Positions 47,325 through 57,125 of a DNA stretch of 64,000 nucleotides are shown piece after piece. Each line of letters starts with the position of its first letter. The first letter of the stretch is position 1. Below the pieces are notes generated by a model. That model was not told where the DNA came from and did not search any database. It saw only the letters and a program-made list of their open reading frames with translations. Both the position numbers and the translations under genes were made by a program. Source of the DNA: an uncultured Eubacteriales bacterium (lineage in GTDB: Bacteria; Bacillota; Clostridia; Christensenellales; DTU072); contig CACXFJ010000081.1 of assembly GCA_902766965.1 (NCBI GenBank), forward strand, positions 4,332 to 68,331, in the 5' to 3' direction.

Positions 47325-48908
47325 ATGAATATGACCAAGCTTAGAAGAAAGCATAATCGTTATCGTTGTTTGAAGACAATATCCTATTTGCTCGGATTCC
47401 CGCTGTTTATTTTACTTACGATAGTGGGTTCTATGTGCCTTTTCAGATGGGACGCTTATACCGATATCAAGTGGTACGGAATTATCGCTTGCGCGGCTAT
47501 GTGGCTCCTTTCCGTGGCGCTGCAAATAATTATCAGTCTGATTACCAAAAGTTATAACGCGCGTACGATGTTTATGCTGATTGTGTCCGTCCTTTTCGTT
47601 TTGGGCGGTTCGGTGTTCTGCGATATCTACGTAGGTAAGAAGTATGACGAAATAGCGAAAAAATACGCTCAATACGGAGTAGAACTCAATACCTACAAGT
47701 ACGAATCGGGCTGGGTAGAGACCTGGACGAAAGAGAAGAAGGGTACGGCGACGAAGTACGGCGAAGACGTATACGCTTTTTGCGAAATCTATAACATCGA
47801 ATACAAGTCCAAAAACTACGGCGACTATAACGGCAACAAAGTCGACGACATCGCAAACGCCAAAGCGAACGGAAAAGCCAAAAAAGATATGACCGACGCC
47901 GATTACGTATTGAGTAAAGTGACTTACGACAAGAAAGAAGACGCTTATTACAGCATCAACGGTCTTTACGCCGACGGTTTTATTTTCGGATACAAACAGG
48001 CTCTCGATATTCTTGTAGATTACAACCAAGCTAAATTCGATATCGAACACAAGAAAGTGGAAACGACCGATAAGGACGGTAACGTCACCGTAACGTACGA
48101 ACTTAACGGCAAGAAAGCCGACGAAGAACTCGATAAGGCGCTCAAAGCTCTCGACGGCGACAGCGAATGGATAGCTTATAAAAACAGCGCCGAATATCAG
48201 GAAGTCTACGGCAAAGGCGGTAAGGCTTACACCTATATGCTTAACGTAGAACGTCTCGACAAAATTCTCGGAGCGTTGGGTACCGGCGTAGTCAACAGTT
48301 CCGTTCTTACCGACATAGGCAAATTCGTCGACGTGGACGGTTTGCTCGCAAGCGTGGGACTCAGTAAAAACGACCTTAAATCTTTGAGCGTGGATAAGTT
48401 GCTCGACGTGGTCAACGGACTTCTCAAAGGTCTGTCCGCGGAAGAAGGAATCGGAGCTGTTCTCGCAGGAATGGGTATAGACGTAACCAAACCTATCACG
48501 GAAGAACACCTTCTCGATATATTGGCTAACTTCTCTTATTATCAATATCCGACGTTGAAACCTAAATTCTCTTTCATCAAAGACGAAACATTGCGTACTT
48601 ACGCTTTGGCTAACTACTACGCTACCGTTCACGGAGCCAACGTAGGCAGCGTGCTTGCCGGCGACAATATAGGACACGTCACGATGTCCACGAACGGTTA
48701 TCCCGCCGACAGATTCGCTTATTCTCTTACCGAACTTTACACTCTTAAAGCTCGCGGAGAATTGGCTCAATATTATCCTTTCATGCTGGCGAGAAGATTC
48801 GGTTATATCTGCGCGGGCATAATTGCGTTGATGACGGTGTACTATTACCTCAACAAACGTAAAGAAGACGAAGCGTTCGCGCTTATAGTAAACGGAGGCA
48901 GACGTTAA
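47325..48908 (+). CDS. hypothetical membrane protein (3 N-terminal TM helices, large outside domain, 1 C-terminal TM helix)
   Basis: 527 aa with a consensus promoter at 47262-47290. The topology is read from hydrophobic stretches. No motif recognised. Confidence 0.65.
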   Translation: MNMTKLRRKHNRYRCLKTISYLLGFPLFILLTIVGSMCLFRWDAYTDIKWYGIIACAAMWLLSVALQIIISLITKSYNARTMFMLIVSVLFVLGGSVFCDIYVGKKYDEIAKKYAQYGVELNTYKYESGWVETWTKEKKGTATKYGEDVYAFCEIYNIEYKSKNYGDYNGNKVDDIANAKANGKAKKDMTDADYVLSKVTYDKKEDAYYSINGLYADGFIFGYKQALDILVDYNQAKFDIEHKKVETTDKDGNVTVTYELNGKKADEELDKALKALDGDSEWIAYKNSAEYQEVYGKGGKAYTYMLNVERLDKILGALGTGVVNSSVLTDIGKFVDVDGLLASVGLSKNDLKSLSVDKLLDVVNGLLKGLSAEEGIGAVLAGMGIDVTKPITEEHLLDILANFSYYQYPTLKPKFSFIKDETLRTYALANYYATVHGANVGSVLAGDNIGHVTMSTNGYPADRFAYSLTELYTLKARGELAQYYPFMLARRFGYICAGIIALMTVYYYLNKRKEDEAFALIVNGGRR

Positions 48909-48909
48909 T

Positions 48910-50172
48910 ATGAAAAAAGCATTACAGGTAATTTTACATATTTTAGGTTTCCCCGCGCTCATAGCTTTGGTAGTCCTTATAAATCTTCCCATAATCAAGG
49001 GAGGAATAAGCTACGGCGTAATGGTGTTCGTGGGAGTTATCGTTGCGGCAGTGATGGCTCTTATCTATTACATCGCCTTTATTTGCGTGGTAAAGAGTAA
49101 GAAAAAATCGATATTAAAACAAACCGTCACTCTGTGTCTTGTCGTATTCTTCACACTTTGCGGTTTCTGGATAGTAGTGGATATCGCTTTGCCAAACTTC
49201 TTCGCCGACGCAACGAGCAAAACGGTTTTCTACGAAGATTTGGTCGACAACTATCAGGCGAGAGCCGACGTTCACGTAGCTCTTAAGGACGAATATATAA
49301 GAAGAGCGTATAACGCGCACAACCTGCCCCGTGAAAACGAAGAGGGCGGATATACCCTCGAAGAGTATCAGGAACAGGGCGTAAGAAACGAGAACGTTCA
49401 AAAACTTCTCACCATTCAGTTCGCGAGCATAGATTCCGACGGATACGCCTCTTTCGTAGACCCGTGGATAGGCATGGCTAACGACGATCGTCTTACCATT
49501 CCCACTCTTATTCACCTTATGACCGACGACAGAACCAAGAATATGGAGAACGTCGATTTCGCCTTGTACGACAAGGCGTTAGAGCAAGTGAAGAATGACC
49601 CCGTATTGTGGAACGTACTCGATATGATGGGTAAACCTATGGATATAGATATGGAACTTGACGGAACGGTATCGTTGGTAATAAACCTTCTCAGCAACGA
49701 CCTTGCGAAGATAATCGGCGACAAGGATATACTCGGTTCTCCCATATATATTTCCTACAACGACAAGGCGATTACCCTCACCCCGAGCAACGAATCCCGC
49801 GGCGTCCTCGACTATATGAGTATGGCGTGGCTCAACAACAACGGTCTCCTTTACGCGATAGTCACTCTTATTTCCGTCCGTACGGTATTCCTTATCTTCG
49901 CAGGTTGGATGATATTGACCAACTTTATGATAGGCTTGCTCCGCGGAATGGGGAAAGAAAAGGTTAATCTCGTCAAGGTAAAGAGAGGCAAAGGCAAGGA
50001 AGAAGAACCCGCCCGCGCCGACAGACCCGCAAACAGAGGTTACGACGCGAATCAGTACAGATACGGCTACGTCGTCGCTCCTAATTTTTATCCGCAAATC
50101 AATATGGCTGAAATAAGAAGACAGCTTATAAGAGACAGCAGAGAAACGAGAAGAGACGATTACGAAGACTAA
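48910..50172 (+). CDS. hypothetical membrane protein (same topology as upstream gene)
   Basis: 420 aa. It starts 1 nt after the upstream stop, and a terminator follows at 50197-50225. Confidence 0.65.
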   Translation: MKKALQVILHILGFPALIALVVLINLPIIKGGISYGVMVFVGVIVAAVMALIYYIAFICVVKSKKKSILKQTVTLCLVVFFTLCGFWIVVDIALPNFFADATSKTVFYEDLVDNYQARADVHVALKDEYIRRAYNAHNLPRENEEGGYTLEEYQEQGVRNENVQKLLTIQFASIDSDGYASFVDPWIGMANDDRLTIPTLIHLMTDDRTKNMENVDFALYDKALEQVKNDPVLWNVLDMMGKPMDIDMELDGTVSLVINLLSNDLAKIIGDKDILGSPIYISYNDKAITLTPSNESRGVLDYMSMAWLNNNGLLYAIVTLISVRTVFLIFAGWMILTNFMIGLLRGMGKEKVNLVKVKRGKGKEEEPARADRPANRGYDANQYRYGYVVAPNFYPQINMAEIRRQLIRDSRETRRDDYED

Positions 50173-50196
50173 CAAAACAGTTAATAGTAAGATAAA

Positions 50197-50225
50197 AGAA
50201 CCGTTCGTAAGAGCGGTTCTTTTTT
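50197..50225 (+). terminator. intrinsic terminator after the membrane-protein pair
   Basis: Stem AGAACCG/CGGTTCT followed by TTTTTT. Confidence 0.8.
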
Positions 50226-50354
50226 ACGCGTAGTTTCGGAGCGTTCAAGTATAGTCGCAAAAAACTCTGATACATATCCGCTTTTTTGTAGTTGTTTTAG
50301 TATATACCGCTTGTGTAAAATTACTTTCCCCCGTTTTTTGCTGCGTAAAGCAAC

Positions 50355-50402
50355 GTGCGTGGGACGCGAACGGAAAAGGAGTGGCTCAGGTGCGTGGGAC
50401 GC
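50355..50402 (+). repeat. two exact 13-nt direct repeats GTGCGTGGGACGC upstream of the protease promoter
   Basis: Copies at 50355-50367 and 50390-50402, with starts 35 bp apart. The second copy ends 19 nt before the -35 hexamer. Confidence 0.7.
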
Positions 50403-50421
50403 TCCGCCCAAAAAACTAAAA

Positions 50422-50450
50422 TTGACTTTATACGTATATCAAGGTATAAT
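50422..50450 (+). promoter_or_regulatory. candidate promoter of the M6 protease operon (TTGACT-17-TATAAT)
   Basis: Hexamers at 50422-50427 and 50445-50450, 20 nt upstream of the ATG at 50470. Confidence 0.6.
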
Positions 50451-50469
50451 AAATAATAATAAACGATAT

Positions 50470-53262
50470 ATGAGTAAGAACAATAAATTAAGAATAGTTT
50501 TAATTTTCGTTATAGTGTGTTTGGCGGTAGGGTGTCAGGCATGCGTTTCTTACGGGTTTAATTCGGCGGACAGCGACGTAAATAAGAACTATTCCGAAAT
50601 AAAGGCGGCGGAAGCAGTTAAGGGAGATATAGTAAACCCCGTCGTCCTTATATGTTTTGCCGACGAGAGCGTAGAGCAGACGAAGGCGTCTTTTACCGAC
50701 GCGGTCAGAAATTATTATATAGGCGAAAGCAATTCTCTTCAAAATTATTATTCGACGATTAGTTACGGGCAGATAGGTATTACTACCCTTTTCCCCGAAG
50801 CGGACGGAGAATTGTTCGTGTACAAAGCGTCAAAGACGAGAAGTTATTATAAAAACATTAAAGAAAAATCCGGTGATAGCGTAAGGAAAACAGCCGAAAG
50901 CGAGCTTCTTAACGCGGCGTTAAACGCGGCGGCGAGCCATTATGATTTTCAGGACTACGACCTCGATAGAAACGACGACGGATACGTCGATAGCGTATCC
51001 TTTTTAGTCAGCGGCGAAGACTCGAACGGAAGCGGCTGGGGCGGACTTTTGTGGCCCCACTCGTGGAATCTTGCCGAAATCAGCCGGTCGGTAGGGCAGG
51101 TTACGGCAAAGCTCGGCGGCGTTACGGTCAATAAATTTTCCCTTAACTTTATAGAAACGGTTGACGTAGGGTTTTTGTGCCACGAAACGGGGCACGTTTT
51201 CGGTATGCCCGATTTGTATCATTATAAATACGACAAGGATTACGTTCAGGTAGGGCAGTGGGATATAATGCACCTCAATCAGTCCACGCCGCAGTATCCG
51301 ACGGTATATTTAAGGGATAAGTATTTAGGGTGTATAGGCGATAATCAGCTTATCGATATCAAGACTAACGGAACTTATACCTTAAAACCCGTTTCTACCG
51401 CGACTGCGGAAGACGTCCTTGCGTACAGACTCGTCATTAACGATAAAGAAAGCATATATTTCGAATACAGGAACAATTCCGTATCCGTCTACGACGGCGG
51501 ACTGAGCGGCAGCGGACTTATAGCGTACAGAGTAAATTCTTCCGTCGACGGCAACGAGGAGGGAAAGAGGAGAAGTACGTCAAATCCCGACGAAGTCTAC
51601 GTTTATCGTCCGTCGGTAGCGACTAACGGCGGTACGAAGAACAAAGAACTCACTAATTTATCGTACGCTTATCTCAACGAAGACAATCAGAAGTTCCGTT
51701 CGCTCGGAACGCAAACGATAACGACGAAATACGACGAAAGGAATATTTTTCTTACCGACGGGAGCAATACCGGGGTAATAGTGCGCGTGACGGAAACGAC
51801 AGATGAAAAGATAAGTTTCGAAATCGACGTGAACGGCTACGGCGGCACTAAGGTGCGGGATATATTAGTGGAAGGGAACGCCGAAATAAACTACGGCGAA
51901 CCCCCCGATATAAGGGTAAAAGTTCTGTTTTCGGGTTACAGTCAGTACGTCGTGGCAAGTCCGGACAAGTACGTCTTCGAATACGACCCCGAAATCATCG
52001 GCACGCAGAGAGCGACGATAGTCTATACCGACGACGACGGAGAAGTAATCAAATATTACTTCGACTTGACCATATCGGACAAGTTGGAGACGGAAAGGCT
52101 CGACGTAATAAAAAAACCCGACAAAGTAATCTACGAAGCAGGGGAAAAACTTACTCTCGACGGTCTTACGGTGGCGGTCACTTACGTTAAGCAAGGTATG
52201 AAAGAAATAAAATACGACCTTACCGCCGAGTCGCAATGGAAAGTCGAGGGAGTGGACACGTCCGTTTCGGGCAAGTACGAAGCGGTAATAACGTACCTTC
52301 CGTTTAATCTGTCGGTAGTGATAGAAATAACGGTCGTAAGCGACCTTGTTTCTATGAAAATATCGGAAAGGAATTCGGTAACGATGATAAGTAAGAGCGA
52401 AAATTTAAGCCTTACGGTAATAGGGGTATACGAAGACGGCACGGAAAAAATTATGAACCCGACCGAATACTCGATATCCGGATACTCTAAACAAACGTTG
52501 TATATAAAGCAGACCGTTAAAATAACTTCCGACGAAAAACCCGATATTTGGTGTTCCAAAACAGTAATTGCGGTAGACGAAACAGACCTTTTATCCATAA
52601 CGCAGGAAGGTAAAATAAAGACTTTGTATAAGTACGGCGAAACTCTCGATTTAAGCGGCGGGTATCTTACGTTAGACTTTTCGGGCAATATAATTTCCGT
52701 CCCTGCGGAAAACTTTTATTCGCAATACGCGCAAAAGTTTCAAGCTACGAAAAAAGGACTTCAGCGGCTCGGCGTAAGTATATACGGAGTGGAAAACGAG
52801 TACGCCGTGAACGTGCTTGCTTCCGACGACAGCTCCCTCGCATCGGGTTCTTCCGCCGCCTTGGTTAATTACGGCTCGGGGTACGTTTTGTTTACGCGGG
52901 CGACTAAGTTAAAAGAAGCGGTCGGATATTTTTCTTCATACTTAAATATCCGTTTCGTCAAGACCGACGGGAAGGTAAAGTACGAAGTAAAACCGTCGGT
53001 AAACGGCGAAGAGTACGTAGCGGACGGAATGAGAATAGAACTCACCGACGGCGACGGGAAGACGGTTATGAGCTATCGGCTGTTCGTCAAGGGCGACGCC
53101 GACGGCAACGGCGTAGCGGACGAGAACGACCGTTATTATTGGGCGGAAGCTTTGTTCCGTCAGCGTAAGGACGCCGATATTTTTCTCGATATGAACGGCG
53201 ACGGAAAATACACTTTGAGCGATTACGTTCTGCTTACGGAAACGTACGGGGTGGGCGTATGA
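50470..53262 (+). CDS. M6-family (immune inhibitor A-like) metalloprotease lipoprotein with Ig-like repeats and C-terminal dockerin
   Basis: Lipobox LAVGC, LLWPHSW, and HETGH at 51181-51195. The C-terminus has two Ca-loop repeats: GDADGNGVADEND and DMNGDGKYTLSD. The start is at MSKNNK (50470), downstream of the promoter at 50422-50450. Confidence 0.85.
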   Translation: MSKNNKLRIVLIFVIVCLAVGCQACVSYGFNSADSDVNKNYSEIKAAEAVKGDIVNPVVLICFADESVEQTKASFTDAVRNYYIGESNSLQNYYSTISYGQIGITTLFPEADGELFVYKASKTRSYYKNIKEKSGDSVRKTAESELLNAALNAAASHYDFQDYDLDRNDDGYVDSVSFLVSGEDSNGSGWGGLLWPHSWNLAEISRSVGQVTAKLGGVTVNKFSLNFIETVDVGFLCHETGHVFGMPDLYHYKYDKDYVQVGQWDIMHLNQSTPQYPTVYLRDKYLGCIGDNQLIDIKTNGTYTLKPVSTATAEDVLAYRLVINDKESIYFEYRNNSVSVYDGGLSGSGLIAYRVNSSVDGNEEGKRRSTSNPDEVYVYRPSVATNGGTKNKELTNLSYAYLNEDNQKFRSLGTQTITTKYDERNIFLTDGSNTGVIVRVTETTDEKISFEIDVNGYGGTKVRDILVEGNAEINYGEPPDIRVKVLFSGYSQYVVASPDKYVFEYDPEIIGTQRATIVYTDDDGEVIKYYFDLTISDKLETERLDVIKKPDKVIYEAGEKLTLDGLTVAVTYVKQGMKEIKYDLTAESQWKVEGVDTSVSGKYEAVITYLPFNLSVVIEITVVSDLVSMKISERNSVTMISKSENLSLTVIGVYEDGTEKIMNPTEYSISGYSKQTLYIKQTVKITSDEKPDIWCSKTVIAVDETDLLSITQEGKIKTLYKYGETLDLSGGYLTLDFSGNIISVPAENFYSQYAQKFQATKKGLQRLGVSIYGVENEYAVNVLASDDSSLASGSSAALVNYGSGYVLFTRATKLKEAVGYFSSYLNIRFVKTDGKVKYEVKPSVNGEEYVADGMRIELTDGDGKTVMSYRLFVKGDADGNGVADENDRYYWAEALFRQRKDADIFLDMNGDGKYTLSDYVLLTETYGVGV

Positions 53263-53981
53263 ATATGAAGAAGACGGTTTTATTTATCACGGCGGCAGCT
53301 ATTATAATAATATCCTGTTTCGGACTCGGCGCGTGTAAAAAAAGGGACGCGGAGATAGCCGTATCGGCGGTAATCGTAGACGGAAGCGTGAAGGATACTT
53401 TCGACGTGGACGAAAGTTTTTGTTACGACACGGCAAAATTATCCGTTACGTTCAAGGACGGTTCGGTAAAAGAAATCCCCGTCGACAGCAGTATGCTTAC
53501 CGAGTTCGACACGAGCACCACCGGGTTAAAAACCCTTACCGTCGCTTACGGGGGAATAACCGTAAACGCCGAATACGAAGTCGTCTACCTTAATTATCCG
53601 TCGCGCGAGATAGTGACGAAAGCGAGATTAAAAGTAAACCAGTCGGCTTACCCGACGGGGATAGGGCGAGAAATAGTCCTTTCGCAAGGGAAAGACTGCG
53701 GTTTCCGTGCGGTTTATTTTACCGTAAAGGGTAGCGGCTATCTGTGCGACAAGAGCCTTAATACTTTGGATATATCGACGGATTTTAACGTGACGGCTAC
53801 TTCGTATTTTGTCGACGCGAAGACGATAAAAATTATTATCGCGTCGAAAAACGGCTTTGCCGACGGTACCGTTGCCGTGATAAACTTTGCCGGCGTGACG
53901 AACGCAGAAGTCAGTCTTACCGAAATAGTGGTTTCGGACGGAACGAAAGATTACTATTTACCCGATACGAAAGGAGTATAG
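53259..53981 (+). CDS. lipoprotein with Ig-like domain and cohesin-like C-terminal domain
   Basis: Lipobox GLGAC and ATGA overlap with the protease gene. The C-terminal ~130 aa has a beta-sandwich pattern reminiscent of cohesins; this is a weak, by-eye call. Confidence 0.55.
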   Translation: MNMKKTVLFITAAAIIIISCFGLGACKKRDAEIAVSAVIVDGSVKDTFDVDESFCYDTAKLSVTFKDGSVKEIPVDSSMLTEFDTSTTGLKTLTVAYGGITVNAEYEVVYLNYPSREIVTKARLKVNQSAYPTGIGREIVLSQGKDCGFRAVYFTVKGSGYLCDKSLNTLDISTDFNVTATSYFVDAKTIKIIIASKNGFADGTVAVINFAGVTNAEVSLTEIVVSDGTKDYYLPDTKGV

Positions 53982-53984
53982 AAT

Positions 53985-55427
53985 ATGCATATTTTACCCG
54001 CAGTAAAGAAATTAAAAATCGATATGGGCGAAGCCGCAAGGGAAGTATACTTTGACTACGACCCGACGATGGAACCCGAACAATACTCTATCGTCGCCGA
54101 CAAAACCGGGATAAGGGTATTTTCTTCCGACAAGAAAGGTAAATTTTACGCTAAAAAGACTCTCGAGCAGATTTTTTACGAGTATAAAGACAAAATTCCC
54201 TGTTTTACGATAGAAGACGAGCCGAAATACTCTTACAGAGGATTTATGATGGATTGTTGCCGACACTTTTTTACCGTGGACGAAATAAAAAAGGAAATCG
54301 AAGTCGCGGCAAGCGTGAAGATGAACAAGTTCCATTGGCACCTTACCGACGACCAGGGGTGGAGAATAGAAATAAAAAAATACCCGCTCCTTACCGAAAT
54401 AGGTTCGGTAAGAAAACAGACGAGAAAGGACGGCAAGGAAGTTAAAGGATACTATACGGCGGAAGAAATCAAAGATATAGTTAAGTTCTGTAAGGAAAGA
54501 TTTATCGACGTAATTCCCGAAATCGACATGCCGGGACATTTTACCGCGGCGATAGCCGCATATCCGCATTTAGGCTGTACGGGAGAGAAAAAAGAAGTAA
54601 GCGAGCATTTCGGGATACATTGCGAAATTGCCTGCGCGGGAAAAGAAACGACTTACGGGTTTATAAAAGACGTACTCGACGAAGTGACGGAACTTTTTCC
54701 GTACGAATATATACATATAGGCGGCGACGAAGCGTTGAAGTATCGCTACACCGAGTGTCCCGACTGCCGCAAGAAGATAGCGGAAGAAAACCTTGCCGAC
54801 GAAGAAGCATTGCAAGGGTACTTTATGAACGCCGCGATAGATTATCTTGCGGAGAAGCGGCGTAAAGCGGTACTTTGGAACGACGGAACCCTCGGCGGCA
54901 ACGTGAAAGGGAACTACGCCGTGCAGTATTGGAAAGAAACGAAAGAATGTAAAAACGCGGCGATAGCGGCGGCGGAAAGCGGAAAAGAAATAATATACAG
55001 TCCGTTTTCGAGCCTGTATCTCGACTATCCTTGCGGAATGACGCCCTTAAAAAAGACCTATAATTATAAAGAAGAAAAGGAACTGACCGACAGGGTAAAG
55101 GGTTTGGAAACTCCGGTATGGACGGAATTCATTCCCGATATAAAGACGTGGGAATTAAGAGCCTATCCGAGACTTTTCGCGGTGGCGGAAAGAGCGTGGA
55201 GCGAAGAAAAGGACTACGACGGGTTTTTGTTGCGGTTGGACGAGTACGAAAAATTCGCAAAAGAAAATTTTGCTATAAAAATATGCGATAATCCCGACCC
55301 TAACAGGATAGCGGGTCTTATCGAAACTCTGAAATTCGGCATAAAAGCGTTCGACCCGTACTTTATCGAATTCGCCCGTCTTACGCGAATAACGAAAAAG
55401 AGAATGAATAAAAGAAAAAACAGTTAA
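53985..55427 (+). CDS. GH20 beta-N-acetylhexosaminidase
   Basis: HWHLTDDQGWR, IPEIDMPGH and HIGGDE motifs. Confidence 0.92.
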   Translation: MHILPAVKKLKIDMGEAAREVYFDYDPTMEPEQYSIVADKTGIRVFSSDKKGKFYAKKTLEQIFYEYKDKIPCFTIEDEPKYSYRGFMMDCCRHFFTVDEIKKEIEVAASVKMNKFHWHLTDDQGWRIEIKKYPLLTEIGSVRKQTRKDGKEVKGYYTAEEIKDIVKFCKERFIDVIPEIDMPGHFTAAIAAYPHLGCTGEKKEVSEHFGIHCEIACAGKETTYGFIKDVLDEVTELFPYEYIHIGGDEALKYRYTECPDCRKKIAEENLADEEALQGYFMNAAIDYLAEKRRKAVLWNDGTLGGNVKGNYAVQYWKETKECKNAAIAAAESGKEIIYSPFSSLYLDYPCGMTPLKKTYNYKEEKELTDRVKGLETPVWTEFIPDIKTWELRAYPRLFAVAERAWSEEKDYDGFLLRLDEYEKFAKENFAIKICDNPDPNRIAGLIETLKFGIKAFDPYFIEFARLTRITKKRMNKRKNS

Positions 55428-55497
55428 AAATTCGCGATATTTATGGTACAATAAAATAACCGCATTTACGCGGGAATAAAAAATAAAGGAAAGCGGT

Positions 55498-57117
55498 ATG
55501 AACGAGCTTATGACTCCGTCTTTACTTTGGGCGGATTTCGACGAAACTTTCGACGGTAAAATAGAAGTCGTGAAAACGGAAGGGATATTCCGTCGCCTGA
55601 CGGTGACGGCGTTTTCCGCGTCCGACGGCGACGTCGTAATAGAGACGGACGTCTATTCGCCGGAATACGAAAGGGGTAACGTGATAGTCCTTATAGGCGA
55701 TTACGCGAAGAAAGCTCAGCAGGACGTGGTGGACGCGTTGTGCGAGAAGGGTTTTTGCGTGGTAGTTCCCGATTACAGCGGAGTGTTCGACGACAGTCTC
55801 ACGTCTTTCCCCGAATCGTTAAGTTACGGGCGGTACTTCGACGGAAACGAACATCTTACCAAGGTTTGTCCGACGGCAAAAGAGACGTGTTTTTACCTTT
55901 ATACGAAGATTATAAGAAAGATAATATCCGCAATTAACGGCGTTTTGCCGAAAGGCGACGTGGTTATTATGGGATTAAGACGCGGTACGGAAATAGCTTT
56001 GCAGACCGTAGGCACGGATTCCCGTCCGATAGGGCTTGCGCTTATAGCGGGAGCGGGATACAGGGAATATTTCGATTATCCACGATACGGTAGCGATAAA
56101 GTTTTATCGGTGGAAGGCGACCTTATGCAGTGGATTACTTCGGTGAGCGGTACGGCTTACGCCAAGAGAGTGAAAGTCCCAGCGATTATTGCTATCGGCA
56201 GTAACGGAACCGAAAGCGATATTGACCGCGCGCCCGCCCTTATGTCGCTTATGCAGGCGGAAACGAGTCTTTGCGTCAGCGCCGGATACAGGGATAATAT
56301 CGATAAAAAGACTTTCGATACCGTAATAAAATGGCTCGAAGGGATATTCCTTTTGAGCGTGCCGCCGAAAAAACCGTCGCTTACCGTCAATATAAATTCG
56401 GAAGGGGAGCTTTACGGCGAAGTCAAAGCCGACGACAGCGTAAAGATAAAGGAAGTAAGGGTAAGATATTCTTACGGCGACAACAACCATTCCACAAGGT
56501 TTTGGCGAGAATCATCGGGTGATTTTATAGGAGACGGCGGTTATATTGCCCGTCTTAAAGCGGGAGTGGGGAGCGAAATGCTCTTCGCTTATGCGGAAAC
56601 GGAGTACGTCAACGGCTATATATCCGACGGCGGAGTGGTATACGTCGATTTGAGAGACAAAAAGATAAAGACGAGCAAATCGGTCACTAACCCTATTATT
56701 TTCCAACATCCCGACGAAAACGGCTTCGTAGAGATAAGCGACGATACCGTGATTATGAAAAGCTCTTTAAGGGAAGGAGTTTTGCCGATAGGTCTTAAAG
56801 GACTTTGTTGCGACAAAGGCGGAATGGTAAGTTATTCTATCGGAAACAAGACCGGATTCGACGAAACGAGACTTTTGCAGATAGATACCTACTCTTCCGA
56901 AAAGACTTACGTCCTGCGGGTGAGCGTCGTCGACGGCAACAACGTAGAATATAATGCAAGTAAAGAGATAGAAAGCACGGAGACTTTTTTCAGTCTTCTT
57001 CTGACGCCGAACGCTTTTAAGGACGGGAATATGCAACCGCTTGAAAGTTGGGAAAGCGTAAAGAGCCTTACCGTGCTTACCAGCGGCGTAATCGTCGGCA
57101 AAATAATGTTTATATAG
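55498..57117 (+). CDS. hypothetical protein (N-terminal alpha/beta-hydrolase-like fold?)
   Basis: 539-aa ORF with an AGGAAAG ribosome-binding-site-like sequence. Only a loose resemblance to dienelactone-hydrolase/esterase folds. Confidence 0.55.
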   Translation: MNELMTPSLLWADFDETFDGKIEVVKTEGIFRRLTVTAFSASDGDVVIETDVYSPEYERGNVIVLIGDYAKKAQQDVVDALCEKGFCVVVPDYSGVFDDSLTSFPESLSYGRYFDGNEHLTKVCPTAKETCFYLYTKIIRKIISAINGVLPKGDVVIMGLRRGTEIALQTVGTDSRPIGLALIAGAGYREYFDYPRYGSDKVLSVEGDLMQWITSVSGTAYAKRVKVPAIIAIGSNGTESDIDRAPALMSLMQAETSLCVSAGYRDNIDKKTFDTVIKWLEGIFLLSVPPKKPSLTVNINSEGELYGEVKADDSVKIKEVRVRYSYGDNNHSTRFWRESSGDFIGDGGYIARLKAGVGSEMLFAYAETEYVNGYISDGGVVYVDLRDKKIKTSKSVTNPIIFQHPDENGFVEISDDTVIMKSSLREGVLPIGLKGLCCDKGGMVSYSIGNKTGFDETRLLQIDTYSSEKTYVLRVSVVDGNNVEYNASKEIESTETFFSLLLTPNAFKDGNMQPLESWESVKSLTVLTSGVIVGKIMFI

Positions 57118-57125
57118 AGGTCGCA

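Noticed and set aside
47412-48998. 528-aa ORF on the minus strand, as long as the plus-strand gene it overlaps
   Set aside because: It is in register and antisense to 47325-48908. Its composition is Val/Phe/Arg/Ser-rich with no TM or motif structure and no ribosome-binding site. The plus-strand ORF has a consensus promoter, coherent TM topology and a coupled downstream gene.
50311-50469. 53-codon N-terminal extension of the M6 protease ORF in the track
   Set aside because: The extension covers the promoter (50422-50450) and the direct repeats and has no ribosome-binding site. The ATG at 50470 gives a normal lipoprotein signal peptide.
55498-57117. Possible pseudo-esterase (GLRRG where a GxSxG nucleophile elbow might be expected)
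   Set aside because: I cannot align the protein to an alpha/beta-hydrolase family confidently by eye, so the claim of a missing nucleophile is unsupported.
57048-57125. Upstream ATG start for signal peptidase I, overlapping the previous gene by 70 nt
   Set aside because: The Arg-rich extension is out of character. A GTG at 57126 with AGAGG 5 nt upstream starts right after the previous stop.
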